Shown here: one piece after another, positions 26,701 through 39,772 of the stretch | Position numbering within the stretch: position 1 is the stretch's first letter | Layout of the letters: each line of letters begins with the position of its first letter | From: Paraspadella gotoi | Lineage: Eukaryota; Animalia; Chaetognatha | Reading direction: 5' to 3' | Assembly: GCA_051294375.1 (NCBI GenBank) | Contig: CM119265.1 | Location: 28,851,167 to 28,915,166 of the forward strand | DNA length: 64,000 nucleotides | Position numbers and translations under genes: made by a program | The notes under the pieces: model-generated | What the model was told of the DNA's origin: nothing | What the model saw: only the letters and a program-made list of their open reading frames with translations | Database searches by the model: none

Positions 26701-29700
26701 TATTTTCCTCGCTCTCCCATTTCCTCTCCTCCTCCTTTTCATTCTCTCCCACATTTCTATTTCCTTTTCCTTCCGTTTTTTTTTTCCATTCTCCGTTTTT
26801 TCCACTCTCCCAAGTCTCTCTTTCTATTTTCCACTCTTCTTTTTTTCATTTTCCACTATTCCCATTTCCAAATCTCCCTTTTTTCCACTCTCCCTTTTTC
26901 CCCTCTCCCGAATTCCATTCTCTCTTTTTCCACTTTTCAATTTCTCTCCACTCTCTGTTTTACCTCCCTTTTCTGCTGCCCTTTTTCCTCTCTCCCTTTC
27001 CTCTTTTCCCTTTTTCCTCTTTCCTTTTCCCTCTTTCCCTTTTTTCTCTTTCCCTTTTTAAAATTCTCCCTTTTCCATTTCCCCCCCATTTTTCCATTCT
27101 TTTGTGTTTCCCGTTCCACTTGAATCGGTCCTCGGACTTTTGGGCGCCTCTGCATCCTTGGACAATCGCCTCGTGCCCTTCTTCTCTTCTCAACCTTTCT
27201 TCTTCTCTTTTCCTCTTCTTTCTTTTTTTTCTTCCTCCTTCCTTTTTAATTCTAACTCATTCTTTCATACATTTGCTCTTCTCTTTGCCACTTTTCTTTT
27301 TCCTTTTTTCTTTCCAATTCCTCCCTTTCCGATTTTTCGATTTTTCTCTCATCCTTTTTTTTCCTTCTTTTTTTTCTTTTCCTCCCTTTTCCGCATTTTC
27401 CTCTCATCCTTTTTTATCTCTTATTTATTGCATCTTTGCTTTTCTGTTGTTATCCTTTCTTCTTTTTCTCTTCCGCTTTCTTTCGCCTTCATCCTCTCGT
27501 TCCTTTCTCTTCCCCTCCTCCTCTTCCTCTACTCTTTCCTCTTTCCTCTTACTCTCCCCCTCCTTCTACTCTTCCTCACTTTCTTTCCTTCTCCCTTTTA
27601 CCTCTTTCTTTTCCCTCTTCCTCTCCTTTCTTCCTCTTTTCTCTTCCTTCCAAACTCTCTTTCCTCTTCCTGTTCTTCCCCCACTTTCCTTTCCTTCTCT
27701 TTCTCCCTCTCCTCTTCCTATCACGTCTCGCTCTTTCCTCTTCTTCATTCTTCTTCTTTCTCAATCTTCTTACTCTCTTTCCTCTCCCTCTTCCTCCCTT
27801 TCTTCTTCTTTCCTCTCTCTCTCCTTCTTCCCTCTCTTCCCTCTATAAGAGTCAAACCAGTGTTTTTTTTTTTTAAATTTTTCCTCCAAATTGATACTCG
27901 GGCATCTTTGCTGTTCCTTCTTTTCCTTCTTTTTTCGTCTTTTCCTCCTCCTTGTTTCCTCCTCCTCCCTCCTCTTCCCTTTATCTCCTCCATCTTTCCT
28001 CTATCTCTGCTCTGCTGATGAGTTGTACTTAGATGTTGGGAGACGAGCGACGGTTGGTTGAAACTTAATAGGGGTCAGCGTCGGGATGCGAAAAAGAGGA
28101 GAAAGTGTAAAACAATTGAGGGACAGTGGAAAAACGAGGGACATGGGAAAAAGGACATGATGACATGTGTCTGAAGGTGTGAATGTGAAAGGATCTGGCA
28201 ACTTTGTGAACGGGAAACGGATTGTTGAAATCCTAAACTGCCCTCACGCGTTTGTTTAGGATTGGAAACTCGATTATCCTCTTATTTTCTTTCTTTTCTT
28301 TTTTTTAATTTTTTGAATTTTATTTTTATTTTTACATTTTTTTTCTGTTTCTTTTTTTTTCTAGCGTCGAGGAAATTCTAACAAATTTTTCTATTGTGAA
28401 CTATCTTTCGATTTCGTTGCGTTTTGAAATATTAAGCCAACTTTTTTCTGTTAATTTCAAAAACTTATTTTGCGCGCTTTGAACATTGAAGATTCTTTTT
28501 AGTCGGAACCATGTCCTTTTTATATTTTTACGTTAAAACTATTTTAAAATTATTTGACCGTGGTAATGTTGTTTCATCTAATTTTTCGCTATTTTCTTTC
28601 TTTTTTTTTTCTTTTCTTTTTTTCCGACTATTTCTCTCCAAAACACAAAACACCTTTTTCCATCCAACTCCACACCACAAAAACCTCCCAACCTTTGACC
28701 ACCACCCCGCACCCTCCTTACCCCCTCCCTTTGCCCCCCACCTCATGGCAATCCGCCGGAAACAATAGCGGCCCTTGTCGGCCTTTGTCTGGCGCGGCGT
28801 CGGCAAAAGAACCCGCCCACGAGCGGTCGCCGGCGATTTTTATCCTTTTGGATCAAAAACGCGGCGACTCTCTGGTTGAGACCCGAGGAGCCATAGGAAC
28901 CTTAACCTCGGACGAAGAGGGGATTGAGATGAGAGAGATTAGAGTAGGGAGGGAGAGATGGAGTCCGAGGCGAAGTGGAGGGAGACCGAGAGAGAGGAGG
29001 AGAGAGGGGTTTTCAAGCTGAGGCAGAGGATATTTAAAGGATAATGGAGGAAGGAAAGGAAAGAAAGGAAGAAGAGAAAAAATTAGGAAAAATAAAAGAA
29101 AATTTATTGGTAGGGAGAGCAGAGAAAGGTAAAGGCTAAAACGAGAGAGAGAGCCGATGATGATGAGAGAGGAGAGAGTGAGAGAGAGGATCGAGAGACA
29201 TTCCGACGGAGAGAGAGAGAGACGAGAACCTCAGGTAGTCATAAGAAATTAACCTCTCGCGAGAGTTATGAGGAAAACAGAGAAGAGAGAGATTGAGAGA
29301 GTGAGAGAGAAAAGAGAAGAGATGGAGAGAGAAGAGTTCGAACAGGGAATGTCCAGAGCAGAGAGAGAGAGACGAGGTGGCATGCGAACGCCTGAGAGAG
29401 ATGATGAAGAGAGAAGAAGGAAAAAGGGGATGGAAGGTAGGGAAAGGGATTCCTCTTTTTCCCGCCAAAAAAATCGATCTCCTCTCTTTCATTGGGTCTG
29501 TCGGTCAGGTTTCTGTCTCTGTTTATTCGCTTTTTCTTTCGCCAGAACAAAACAAAACAACATCTACTTTCCTCATTCTGTTGTTTCTCTTACTTCAAAC
29601 ACCTCTTCTTTCTTCTCTGTTTTTTATTCTTCTTTTTTTCTTTATTCTCCTTTTTCCTTTCTTTTCTTTTCTTTCTTTTCTTTTCTCTCTTTTTTTCTTT

Positions 29701-30020
29701 CTTTTCTTTCTCTCTTTCTCAGCCGACTCCGGACGCTAAAGACCAGGGATCTTAGGTCTCGAAAAGTGGTATTTTTGAGAGGAGGAAGGGATAGAAAGGA
29801 AGGAGGGTAAAATAGGGAAAGAGGAAAGAGGAGACGAAAAAGAAAAAAGAGAGAGGAGGTGAGGAAGGGGGTAGAGAAGAGAGATGAGGAGAAAATAAAG
29901 ACATAGAGAGAGAGAGGAAAGAGAAGAAAAAACTTTCATTCAATAAAAAATAATCATGGCGAGTCTGGAGAGAAGGAAAAAAATAAAACCCGAGCCAAAG
30001 ATGAGGAGACCATGAGTATC

Positions 30021-30068
<48 letters not shown>

Positions 30069-31183
30069 CTCTCCTCTCTCTGCTCACTTCTCTCTCTCTC
30101 TCCTGATTCAAAGTAACAGACGATTTTAGTTTTTATCGGATGGTCTATCTAAAGTGATTATTGCAACAGAGGAGAGTAGGGCCGCTAGCCAAAGGAATTT
30201 TGGTTCAGGTCTTTTGTCTAGACTTTCGATTTCTGCGCTACGGATGCATCTTCGCTAATTAGAACCGAAACTCTCTGGGTGGCGGGACTCCTGAATGCGG
30301 AGGACCTGTGATGGAACTATTCCTTTTTAGTTGCGCCTGATAAGCGACTCCAATAATCATTTTTTCGGTTCCGACTGTCGGTCGGTCATTCGGTATGTCT
30401 GTCCGTCGTGTCGGTTCTGTTTCCCACTTACTTAGTTAGGTGGTTAGTTAAGTCATTAGTTAAGACAGGATTAGACCTGAAATCTAAGCCAACTACTAGC
30501 GCTACCTTTCTGGTTTTTAAGAAATAAGAAAAGTCACTTGGGCGTAACACAACATGGAATTTCGGTTCTTTGTTTATTTGCCTTAGCCCTTGGAGAACAA
30601 AACTGATTGGCCTTGGCCCAAAGTCCTCTTGATTGGGGCTTTTGACCTTTTCTTAAACTTTTCGCAACTCTTCCATTGCAGGTAAGAATCTTAGGTTTCC
30701 TCCTAAATTAAAGTCAAGATGTTCCTCTCTTCTATTTTCTTGTTGCGGTTTGTCTCCCTCTCTCTCCCTTTTTCCATCTCAGCTGACGATTGTATTTCCT
30801 CCCCTTCTCCTCTCCCTGTCTTTAATTGCTCTGCCTTTTCTCCCTCCCTTCTCCCTTCTCCCTTTGTTCGAAAAAATCACACTTTCTTTCTCACTCCCTC
30901 TCCCTCCCCTTTCTTCCATACCCTCTCTTTCTCTCTCTGCCCCCTTTTCTTCCCTACGTATTTCCCTCCCTTTCTCCCTTCTCCCCTCCCCTTTTTGTTC
31001 TTTTCTCCCTCTCATCTCCCTTTCCTCCCTCTGGCGACGTCTCTTCCTCCACACTCAAATTCTTTTGACATCATCATTAATGAGGATTTGACGTCAGAAA
31101 CGATCAGGTTCTCTCTCTCGCTCTCTCTTCTCCTCTCGCTCTCTCTCTCTTCTCTCTCTCTCTCTTCTCTCTCTCCTCCTCTC

Positions 31184-31214
<31 letters not shown>

Positions 31215-31416
31215 CTCACTCATACTCTCTTTCCTCACACATCGGAGATCGAGAGAGCGAGAGGGTCGCGCTTTCCTTGATTCTTCTTGTCGCAGGATTC
31301 GTGCTTCTACAAAGAGGAGGCGTTTTAAAAGGAGAGAGGGGGAAGGGTCAGTGTAAGAAAAAGGAAGAGAAAGAAGAGAGAGAGAGAGAAAGAGAGAGAG
31401 ATGAGATGAGAGAGAG

Positions 31417-31447
<31 letters not shown>

Positions 31448-31877
31448 CGAGAGAGAGAGAATTTGTGTCTGTGTGTGAGTCTCTATGTGATAATGACAAG
31501 AGGAAATATGAAATCTAGGATTAAAAAAAGAAAAAGATATAAAGAAATGAAAAGGAAAGAAAAGAAATATATAAAAAGAAAAGAAAAGAGAAAAAAAGAA
31601 AAGAAAAAGAAAAAGAAAGGAAAAGTAAAAAAAAAAGAAAGGAGAATAAAAAAAAAAGTGAAAAAAAAAAGAAAAGAGAAGCAAAGAAAAGAAAAGAAAA
31701 GGAAAAGAAAATGAAAAGAGAAAGCAAAAAAAGAAGAATCGTCGACCGAGGCGAAATCGAAAAGTGCCAGAGTAATCTATTAGGGGCAGACAGCGGAACC
31801 TATTGTATCAAGAAAGGAGAGATTGTTTTGAGAGAGAGAGGGAGAGGAGGAGAGAGACGAGATGAGGAGCAGAGAAG

Positions 31878-31909
<32 letters not shown>

Positions 31910-32799
31910 AGAGAGCAAAGGAAACGCGAAAACAAAGAAATAAAAAGGTTTTCTTCCTTCGCAAAAAAGTTCCTCACCTTTTTGCGAGTTAAGTTTCTCT
32001 TTAACTCTGATTCTTTTACTTTGGCTTTTCTATTCAAGAGTTTCCAAATTTCCTGTTCATTCAATTAAAAAAAGGTTAATTTTAATCTTATTTATTTATG
32101 AATCATTCCAAAACCGTATTCTTAACCCTAATTTAATCCTATACCCTATACTTAATTTTCTAAATTCTAACCTCTAACCCTTTACGCTAGTCCCAATCAA
32201 ATCCCTAACCTAATATATTATCACTAACCTAATCCTTAATTATCCTAATTCGTTAATTAAAAAAATTCAATTTCGAATTTAAATAAAATGGGGCATTTCT
32301 GGGAAAATAGGCTTTATTTCTATTATTCTTACTTACACCTTCTCTATACATTGTTTTCTACTTTTATCTTTTCTTTCCTCATTTGTTTTCCTTCTCTCTT
32401 CCCTCCCCTTCCCTCGCTTCCTCTCCCCCTCTTCCCTCTCCCCTCCCCCTCTTCCTCTCCCCCTTCCTCCACCTTCGTCTACCCGCAAAAAGACGCTGCC
32501 CATAATTTTAGGCGTCTGGTAGAAAATGATCGCCAGGACGCAACCTGTGTTGTTGGGGTATGAGAGGAGAGAGAGATGGGACGAGAGAAAGAGAGATGGA
32601 GGGAGACGGAGAAAGAGAGGAAAGAGAGGTGAGAGGGTTGAGGGAGAGAGAAGGCGGAGAGTGAGTATTATAGCGATTGAGAGACAGGAAAGATTGAAAC
32701 TATTAAAACAGACTATAGTTTAGGAAAAGCAGTAATTCATATTAAGCTTTTTCAACCATCAACATTGCGGCTCTCTCTCTCTCTCTCTCTCTCCTCTCT

Positions 32800-32842
<43 letters not shown>

Positions 32843-33620
32843 CACTTCGTCTACTTTTGTTTAATGACCATAAAGTCTTTAAAATATGAGCAGTGATTTT
32901 CGTTAGCGGAAAGTCACGTGACGAAGATGAGAAGAGGAGGAGGAGGAGGGAAGAAGGGTGCAGAGAAGAAGGACAAAAAGAGAATTAGGATGACGACAAA
33001 GACGCGACGACGAAGACACAGAAACCCAATTTTCTTTCTCAACTTTTACTTCCCTCATGCCGGGACTCCATCAGCACCTGTTGAACGAACCCACTGCACA
33101 CGACACTCTCAGGCCATGATCGTCCCCCGAGTAGGTTGCGCCAAGGCGACACGAACGTTTGCATGTCTTGACAGAACCCGACAAACGATTAGATTCCATT
33201 TGATTGCAATCCACTTTCTGACACAGGAAAAGGGTTTTTTTTATGTTTTGTTTCCAACGGAAGTGTTCTTCAAAATGAATTCACGATACTCCTGTTTTCC
33301 ACCACAAGAAGCGCGAACTCCCGTCTCTTCCCGTTAGGAACCAACATCAACATATCCTAATCCTCTTCAGTCACTTGTCAACACCCCACGTACCCTCTTG
33401 CACATTACCCCCAGCTTTATTCACTCCCGCATTCCACTCCCCTGCTACTCATCACGAAGCCTTATCACCCCCTAAACAAAACTACAATGGGAGAGGACTA
33501 TCGTCGCGGTTCACAAGTCGCTTTTCAGCCTTGAGCGACGCCGAGCACATGTTCGCGGGGTGGTCCTCGCCACCTTAACGCGGCGCGCTTCTCTACTCTT
33601 TATCTCGTCCTCTTCTCTCT

Positions 33621-33652
<32 letters not shown>

Positions 33653-33664
33653 CTCTCTCTCAAT

Positions 33665-33695
<31 letters not shown>

Positions 33696-33744
33696 TCTCT
33701 CTACATCCCCTCCTAGACCCCAGTACAATAACGAACGATGTCAT

Positions 33745-33905
33745 CTCATTGGTACGACGGCTCCGCCTTCTCGCCTCTGATTTGGTTGCGCCGGGCGGCC
33801 GAGCGGCTGCCGCGAAAAAACTCACGATACCGGCGCCCAGCGTCGACTGATTGGCCGAGCTCGTCGGCCTTCGCGCGCCTTTCCGTGTGGAGCTCCGCAT
33901 TGGTC
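33745..33905. promoter_or_regulatory. GC-rich island with clustered ATTGG (reverse CCAAT) boxes, promoter-like; copy at ~39835-40005
   Basis: cattggt (~33747), gatttggtt (~33779, imperfect), ctgattggcc (~33847), cattggtcc (~33898), all in the same orientation. Confidence 0.35.
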
Positions 33906-35557
33906 CGTTTTTTCAGGCCAACATCAGAAACGGATCTGCGGAAATTTTACAGTTTCTATTGTATATTAAAACGCTATTTGAAGTTGATTCTCACAATCAG
34001 GCGCGACATCAGGGCGAGACGGGCGAGCGTAAATTGTGTATGGTTTTCTTTTAACAGCGCGACAAGTTTTTAAGAGAGTGCATTGTAAATCCAGAGTATA
34101 TTTGCCAGGCGACGAGGCTGTGGTTGTGGCGTGTAAAAAAAAATGCGTTCTGCTCAAAACTCGGGTATCCAAGAATGGATTTGTACCGTTCTCAGCACTA
34201 ACTCAATCAAACATGGGCAATCTATATCGGTCGACTTTATCAGGCCTTCAGTTTACCTATTAAAAAAGTACTAAAAAATTTTGTTAACAGGGCAGGATTC
34301 TTATCTAGGCTGCCCCTTTTCTATTCTTGTATTTCATTATTCTGCGTAATCCTGCAGCACTAACTTAGCATCTTAATTGTGGTCGAGACTCTTCATTCAG
34401 TTGCGCCAAACAAAGCAACATAATTAGGTTGTACGACTTCTTCACAGGCGCCAATTTACGGCCCCGTTATCTTAGACTGTGGATCTCAACAGAGACGCGA
34501 ACTTAACAACGGCTGTCAAAGAGGCGGAGATTATCTAACAGGCGCGCGACGGTATTTTTGGCTCGAAGACAAGAATCGATGCAGAAGTTGAAAACGGCGC
34601 CGACCGTGGTGGAGTAGGGTGAGGGTCGGTAGGGAGAGGAGTGGGAGGAAGGAGAGGGAGGGAGAAAGAAGAATTGTGACGAGGTGGGGGTGCGGGGAGG
34701 AGAGAGGGAGTAGGAAAATATGTTTAGTAAGGATTTTGAAAAATTAAAGAAGTCGGATATGAGATGAAACCACGCGCAAGAATGTGAGAGGTTTCTGCTT
34801 TGGAAGTCACGCGTAAATACTCAGACCAGAGTTTCCGCGTTTGATCCCATCTTGCAGTGAATGACCCCAAAACGCCGAAAAAAGGAGAGAATGGGGCGCC
34901 CTGTGAAATGCCGAGTTGCTGAGATTGAAAGTGAAATGAAAGTTGTAAGAGAAAAAGATTAATCAAAAATCTGTTTGACTTATTAAAATTATTCGAGAGA
35001 ACTCATTTTGCGATTTTTTGCGAACAAAACGAAGAAGATTAAACACTAAATGCCTCAAAACTGTGCGTAAAATATTATTAACACTAATCTCAGTATACTA
35101 TATACATATAACATTTCATAAAATTTCACGCTACCTTGTAATTTTGCTTGTAGTTGCGGAGTTACAATAAGTATTCCCGATCTAATACTAAGGGAGTGGT
35201 CTTTTATTACAATTGAACATTTTTTAAATATTTTCATTCTTGATAGGAAACCAGGTACTCTGGGATGAATAAACGAGTGTGAGAGAGTCTTGATTGAAAG
35301 CTTGAGGGACATGCTATGTATTATCTTGTAGAGTGATGGAGCTGAAACACAAAGGCTTGATCCAAGTCAGGGGCAAGATAGTTATTTATTAAGAATGGAA
35401 ATTTTTATTATTGGTTTGTACCATTATATAAAAGTTAATGTACAAAGGAACGCCGATTATTGATTGATTGCAATTAAAGTTGTTCTTTAATTTTAAAATT
35501 TAATTTAGGTTCTCCTGTAAATCATTTCAGAAGATCCCAATGTCTTCGTTTTAACAG

Positions 35558-35688
35558 GGAACAAGGTGCCCTCGATGGGCCCAAAGATCAAGGTGCCCGC
35601 GGTGCTCAGGGCGCCCGCGGCGCTCTGGGCGCCCGCGGCTGCTTAGGGCGCCCGCAGGTCCGAAGGCGGAACCGGCAGTCGAAGAGGA
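35558..35688 (+). CDS. Collagen-like Gly-X-Y exon
   Basis: ttttaacAG|GGA acceptor starting on a Gly codon. The core reads GGT GCC CGC GGT GCT CAG GGC GCC CGC GGC GCT CTG GGC GCC CGC = GAR GAQ GAR GAL GAR. The two-arm consensus appears to continue G-A-x GAA GPE GGT GSR, followed by GT. Frameshifts differ between the two copies, so they look like read noise. Confidence 0.55.
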
Positions 35689-37095
35689 GTGATATTGTTT
35701 TGGTTTGGGCGACGAAAGCAAGGTGAAGGGTGAAGCGATGAGAGAGGAAGAGGGAGAAGAGTGAGAGGGAGAGGAGGGAGAGAGAGGGAGAAAAGAGAGA
35801 GCAAGGGAGAACAGATGAAGTAAGAGGAAGAAGAAGAGAGGCGAACAGAGGAGCGGGGAAGGAAGAAGAAGGAAAGATGGGAGGAGAGAAAGAAAAGAAG
35901 AAAAGAGTGCAGGAGAGAGAAAGAGAGAAGAAAGAGGGGAGAAGAGGGGACGAGAGAGGGGAGAGGGAAGGAGAAAGGGAGAGAAGGAAAACGGAAAGGG
36001 GAGGAAGGCGAAGGATGGAGGGAAGGAGAAAGAGAGGAAGGAGAGAGTGGAGAGAGAGAAGAAAGGGAGAAGAAAAGAGAAGAAGGAGAGAGAAGGAAGA
36101 GAGAGGGAGGAGAAAGAGGAGAGGAGAGAGAAGAAAACGGGTGGGGGGAGGGAGAAAGGGAAGATGGAGTGAGGGAGAAAGAAGAGAGGAGAGAGAGAAA
36201 GAGGGAAAGAGAGGGGAGAGAGAGGGAGGCGGAAGGAGAAAAGAAAAATGGAGGGAGGGAGAAGAGAGAGAGGCAAAGTGAAGTAAAGGATTGCGGAGAA
36301 AGGGAAGCAAGCAGGAATTATCCTATAAGGAATTGTTGAAACCATTGCAGAGACATCGCTCCTGATTGGCAAAACGAAAGACAGAAATCTTCATCTCTCT
36401 CTCTCTCTCTCTCTCTCTACTCTCTCTTCTTCTCCTCTCTTCTCTCTCTCTCTCTCTCTCTCCAATACTCGTCGCGACAATCGCCTCCAGTTTGAGTCTA
36501 ATTTCTTTGCAAAGNNNNNNNNNNNNNNNNNNNNNNNNNACTCCTTTCCTTTCACTTTCCTCTCTCTTCTTTCTCCTCCCTCCATTTTTTCTTTCTCCTT
36601 CCTCCTCCCCTCTCTCTCCCTCTCTTTCTCCCTCTTTCTCTCTCTTCCTCTTCTTTCTCCTCCCTCCATCTTCCCTTTCTCCTTCCCCCTCCCCGTTTTC
36701 CTTCTCTCCCTCTTCCTCTTTCTTCCTCCCTTCTCTCTCTTCCACTCTCTCTTCCTCTCTTTTCTTCCTCCCATGCGACCTTCCCTTCCCCCTTTCCGTT
36801 CCTTCTCTCCCTTTTCCTCCTTTCCTCCTCCCCTCTCTCGTCCCCTCTCTCTCCCCTCTTTCTTCTCATCTTTCTCTCCCACTCTTTCTTCTTTTCTTTC
36901 TCACCTCCCATCTTCCTCTTCTTCCTCTCCCCGCTCCTCTGGTTCGCTCTCTTCCTCTTACTCATCTTTCTCCCTTTCTCCATTTCTCCCTCTCTCTCCT
37001 CCTCTCCCTCTTCCTCTTCTCCTCTCTTCCTCTCTCTCGCCTTCACCCTTCACCCTTGCCTCTTCCTCGTCGCCCAAAGTCCCAAAACAAATCAC

Positions 37096-37226
37096 TCCTC
37101 TTCGACTGCCGGTGCCGGCCTTCCGGAACCTGCGGCGCCCATAGAGTCACCGCGGGCGCCAGAGCGCCGCGGGCGCCCTGAGCACCGCGGGGCACCTGAT
37201 CTTTGGGCCATCGAGGCACTTGTTCC
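37096..37226 (-). CDS. Collagen-like Gly-X-Y exon, inverted copy
   Basis: Reverse complement of 35558-35688; ORF 37043..37243 shows RGAQGARGAL. Confidence 0.5.
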
Positions 37227-39739
37227 CTTTTAAAACGAGACATTGGCGATCTGCTGAATGATTTTACAGGAGACCTAAATAAATTTTAAAATTAAAAACA
37301 ACTTTAATTGCAATCAATCAATAATCGCGTTCCTTCTGTACATTTAACTTTATAAATGGTACAAAGCCAATATAAAAATTATCCATTCTTAATAATAACT
37401 ATCTTGCCCTGACTTTGGATCAGCCTTGTGTTTCAGCTCCATCACCTACAAGAAATACATAGCATGTCCTCAAGCTTTCAATCAAGACTCTCGCACACGT
37501 CGTTTATTCAGTCCCAAGTACTGTTCCCTATCAAGAATGAAAATATTTCAACAATGCAATTGTATGAAAATGACACTCCCTAAGTATTAATCGGGAAAGT
37601 ATTATTGTAACCCGCAACTTACAAGCAAAATTACAAGGTATGCGTGAATTTTATGAATGTATATTAAAGTATAAGTATACTGAGAATATAGTGTTAAAAT
37701 ATTTTTACGACGAGTTTGAGGCATTAGTGGTAATCTCCAGTTTTTGCGGCATAAAACGCAAAATGAGTCTCTCGAAATAATTTAAAAGTCAAACAGATTT
37801 TGACTTTAATCTTTTTTCTCACAACTTTTCATTCACTTTCAATCTCACAACTCGCATTTTCACGGGCGCCCCATTCTCCTTTTTTCGGCGTTTTGGGGTC
37901 ATTCACTGCAAGATGTGGTCAAACGGGAAACTCTGGTCGTGAGTTTTACGCGTGACTTTCAAAGCAGAAACCTCTTCACAGATTCTTGCTCTGGTTTTCA
38001 TTCTCATTCCGACTTTCTTAATTTTTTCAAATATCTTACTAAACATCTTTTCCTACTTCCTCTCTTCCTCCCCTCACCTCCCACCTCGTCCACTTCTTCT
38101 TCTCTCCTTCCCTCCTTCCCTCTCTCCCACTCCCTCCCTCCCACCCTCACCCACTAACTCCACATCGCGGTCGGCCGTTTCAACTTCTGGCATCGATTCT
38201 TGTCTCGAGCGCAAAAAACCGTCGCGCCTGTTGAGAATCCCGCCTGTTGACGTTGTTAAGTCGCGCCTGTTGAGAATCCAGTCTAATAACGGGCCGAAAT
38301 TGCGCCTGTGAAGAGTCGTACCTGATTATGTTGCTTTGTTTGCGCAACTGATGAGAGTCTCGACCACTAATGAAGATGCTAATTAGTGCCTGCAAGGATT
38401 ACGCGTAATATGATAAAAATAAAGGGGCCTGATAAGAGTCCTGCCTGTTAACAAAGTTTTTTAGACTTTTTACTTAGGTAACTAAGCCTGATAAGAGTCT
38501 GACCTGATATAATTCCATGTTTGATTAGTTTAGTCTCTGAAGAAACGGTTATCCATTCTTGGGATACTTCCGGATTTTACCAGAAGCATTTTTTTTCACG
38601 CCAACCACAGCCTGTCGCCTGGCAAATACCCTCCTCTCTTCTCCTGCCCTCTCGATCCTCTCTCTTCATACATCGTTCCAGCTCCCGTAGGTTCATTCTA
38701 CTTTCTGTCGACGATGTTTATGCGACACCATGATAGCACGGATCCTATTACATCAAATGAGCAGTGATTTCGTTAACGGACAGCCCAAAGTCACGTGTAC
38801 GAAGTGAATGAGGCAGCGCCGCGATGAAGAGGAAGGAGGACGAAGGGGTGACGAAGAACGAAGACAAAAAAGAGGATTAGAGATGCGACCTCGACAAACG
38901 ACGACATGCTATCCGACGCCCACCAGGCGGCGCGCATAGACGATCTCGCGTCTCAGTCGGGAAGACACCCGAGAGATACATCACACCGGAGGCCGCACTG
39001 GGTCTATCTCCTCTGGTCAAGACACGTTGTCTCCCGTCAAATTCATGACTCCCTCATGCCGGACTCCACAGCACCTCCGTGAACCGAAACAACCACTGCA
39101 CCACGACCCCTGCGTCCGAGGCCAGTGATCGTCCCCCAGTGGTTGCGCCACAGGCGACGCACGACGTTTTGCATGCTCTTGACAAGAACCGCGACAAACG
39201 ATGATTCCCATTGACTTGCAATCACACTTGCTCGACACGGAAAAGGTGTTTATTCGTTTATATTGTTTTGTTTCCACATACGGAAGTGTTCTTCCAAAAT
39301 GAATCTACACGATCACTCTGTTCTTCCACCGCACAAGAAGGGCTATCGAACTCCCCGTCTCTTACCGTTAGGGAAGCCAAGCAATCAACAATCATCCTAA
39401 TCCTCTTCAGTCCACTTGTTGCAACCACCCCCGTACCTATGCATCAATTACCCCAGCTTATTCCACTCCCGCATTCCACTCCCTGGACTGCCTCTCATCA
39501 CGAAGCCATCATATTTCACCCCCTAAACAAAACTACAATTGGGAAGCAGACTATCCGTCGCAGTTCAACTACAGTCGCTCTTCTTCAGCCTTCCGAGCGC
39601 ACGCCGAGACATCTATTTGCGCGGGGTGGTCCTCGCCACCTTAACGGCGGCGGCGTCTCTCTCTACTCTTTATCTCGTCCTCTTCGCTCTTTCTTTCTCT
39701 CTCTCTCTCTCTCTTCTCTCTACTCTCTCTCTCCCTCTG

Positions 39740-39772
<33 letters not shown>

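Larger units (their letters stand above)
24030..36292 (+). repeat. Large inverted duplication, left arm (~12.3 kb)
   Basis: Anchors: 24079 atttgtttcctgattttaatgc vs 48958-48985; 28500-28560 vs 44030/44965; 30110-30320 vs 42450-42650; 32290 vs 40570; 35551-35690 vs 37095-37235; 36260-36292 vs 36540-36570. Confidence 0.95.

Noticed and set aside
32120-32260. Telomere-like CCTAA/CCCTAA motifs (also 40620-40750 and 53875-53935)
   Set aside because: Highly degenerate and interstitial, with no perfect tandem array.
33045-33210. Complex GC-balanced island (copy at 39045-39225) as an exon or ncRNA
   Set aside because: The two-copy consensus gave no recognisable peptide in six frames and no recognisable RNA family, so there is not enough evidence to call it.
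35333-35362. SECIS-like GTGAT...AAA...TGAT
   Set aside because: The spacing to the AA loop is too short, the motif is not conserved in the other family copies (54110, 56281), and no selenoprotein is evident.
38221-38500. Repeat-spacer pattern or hammerhead core (CTGATGAG at ~38348)
   Set aside because: Repeats are ~13 bp, degenerate and irregularly spaced. There is no stem II followed by GAAA, so no hammerhead core.
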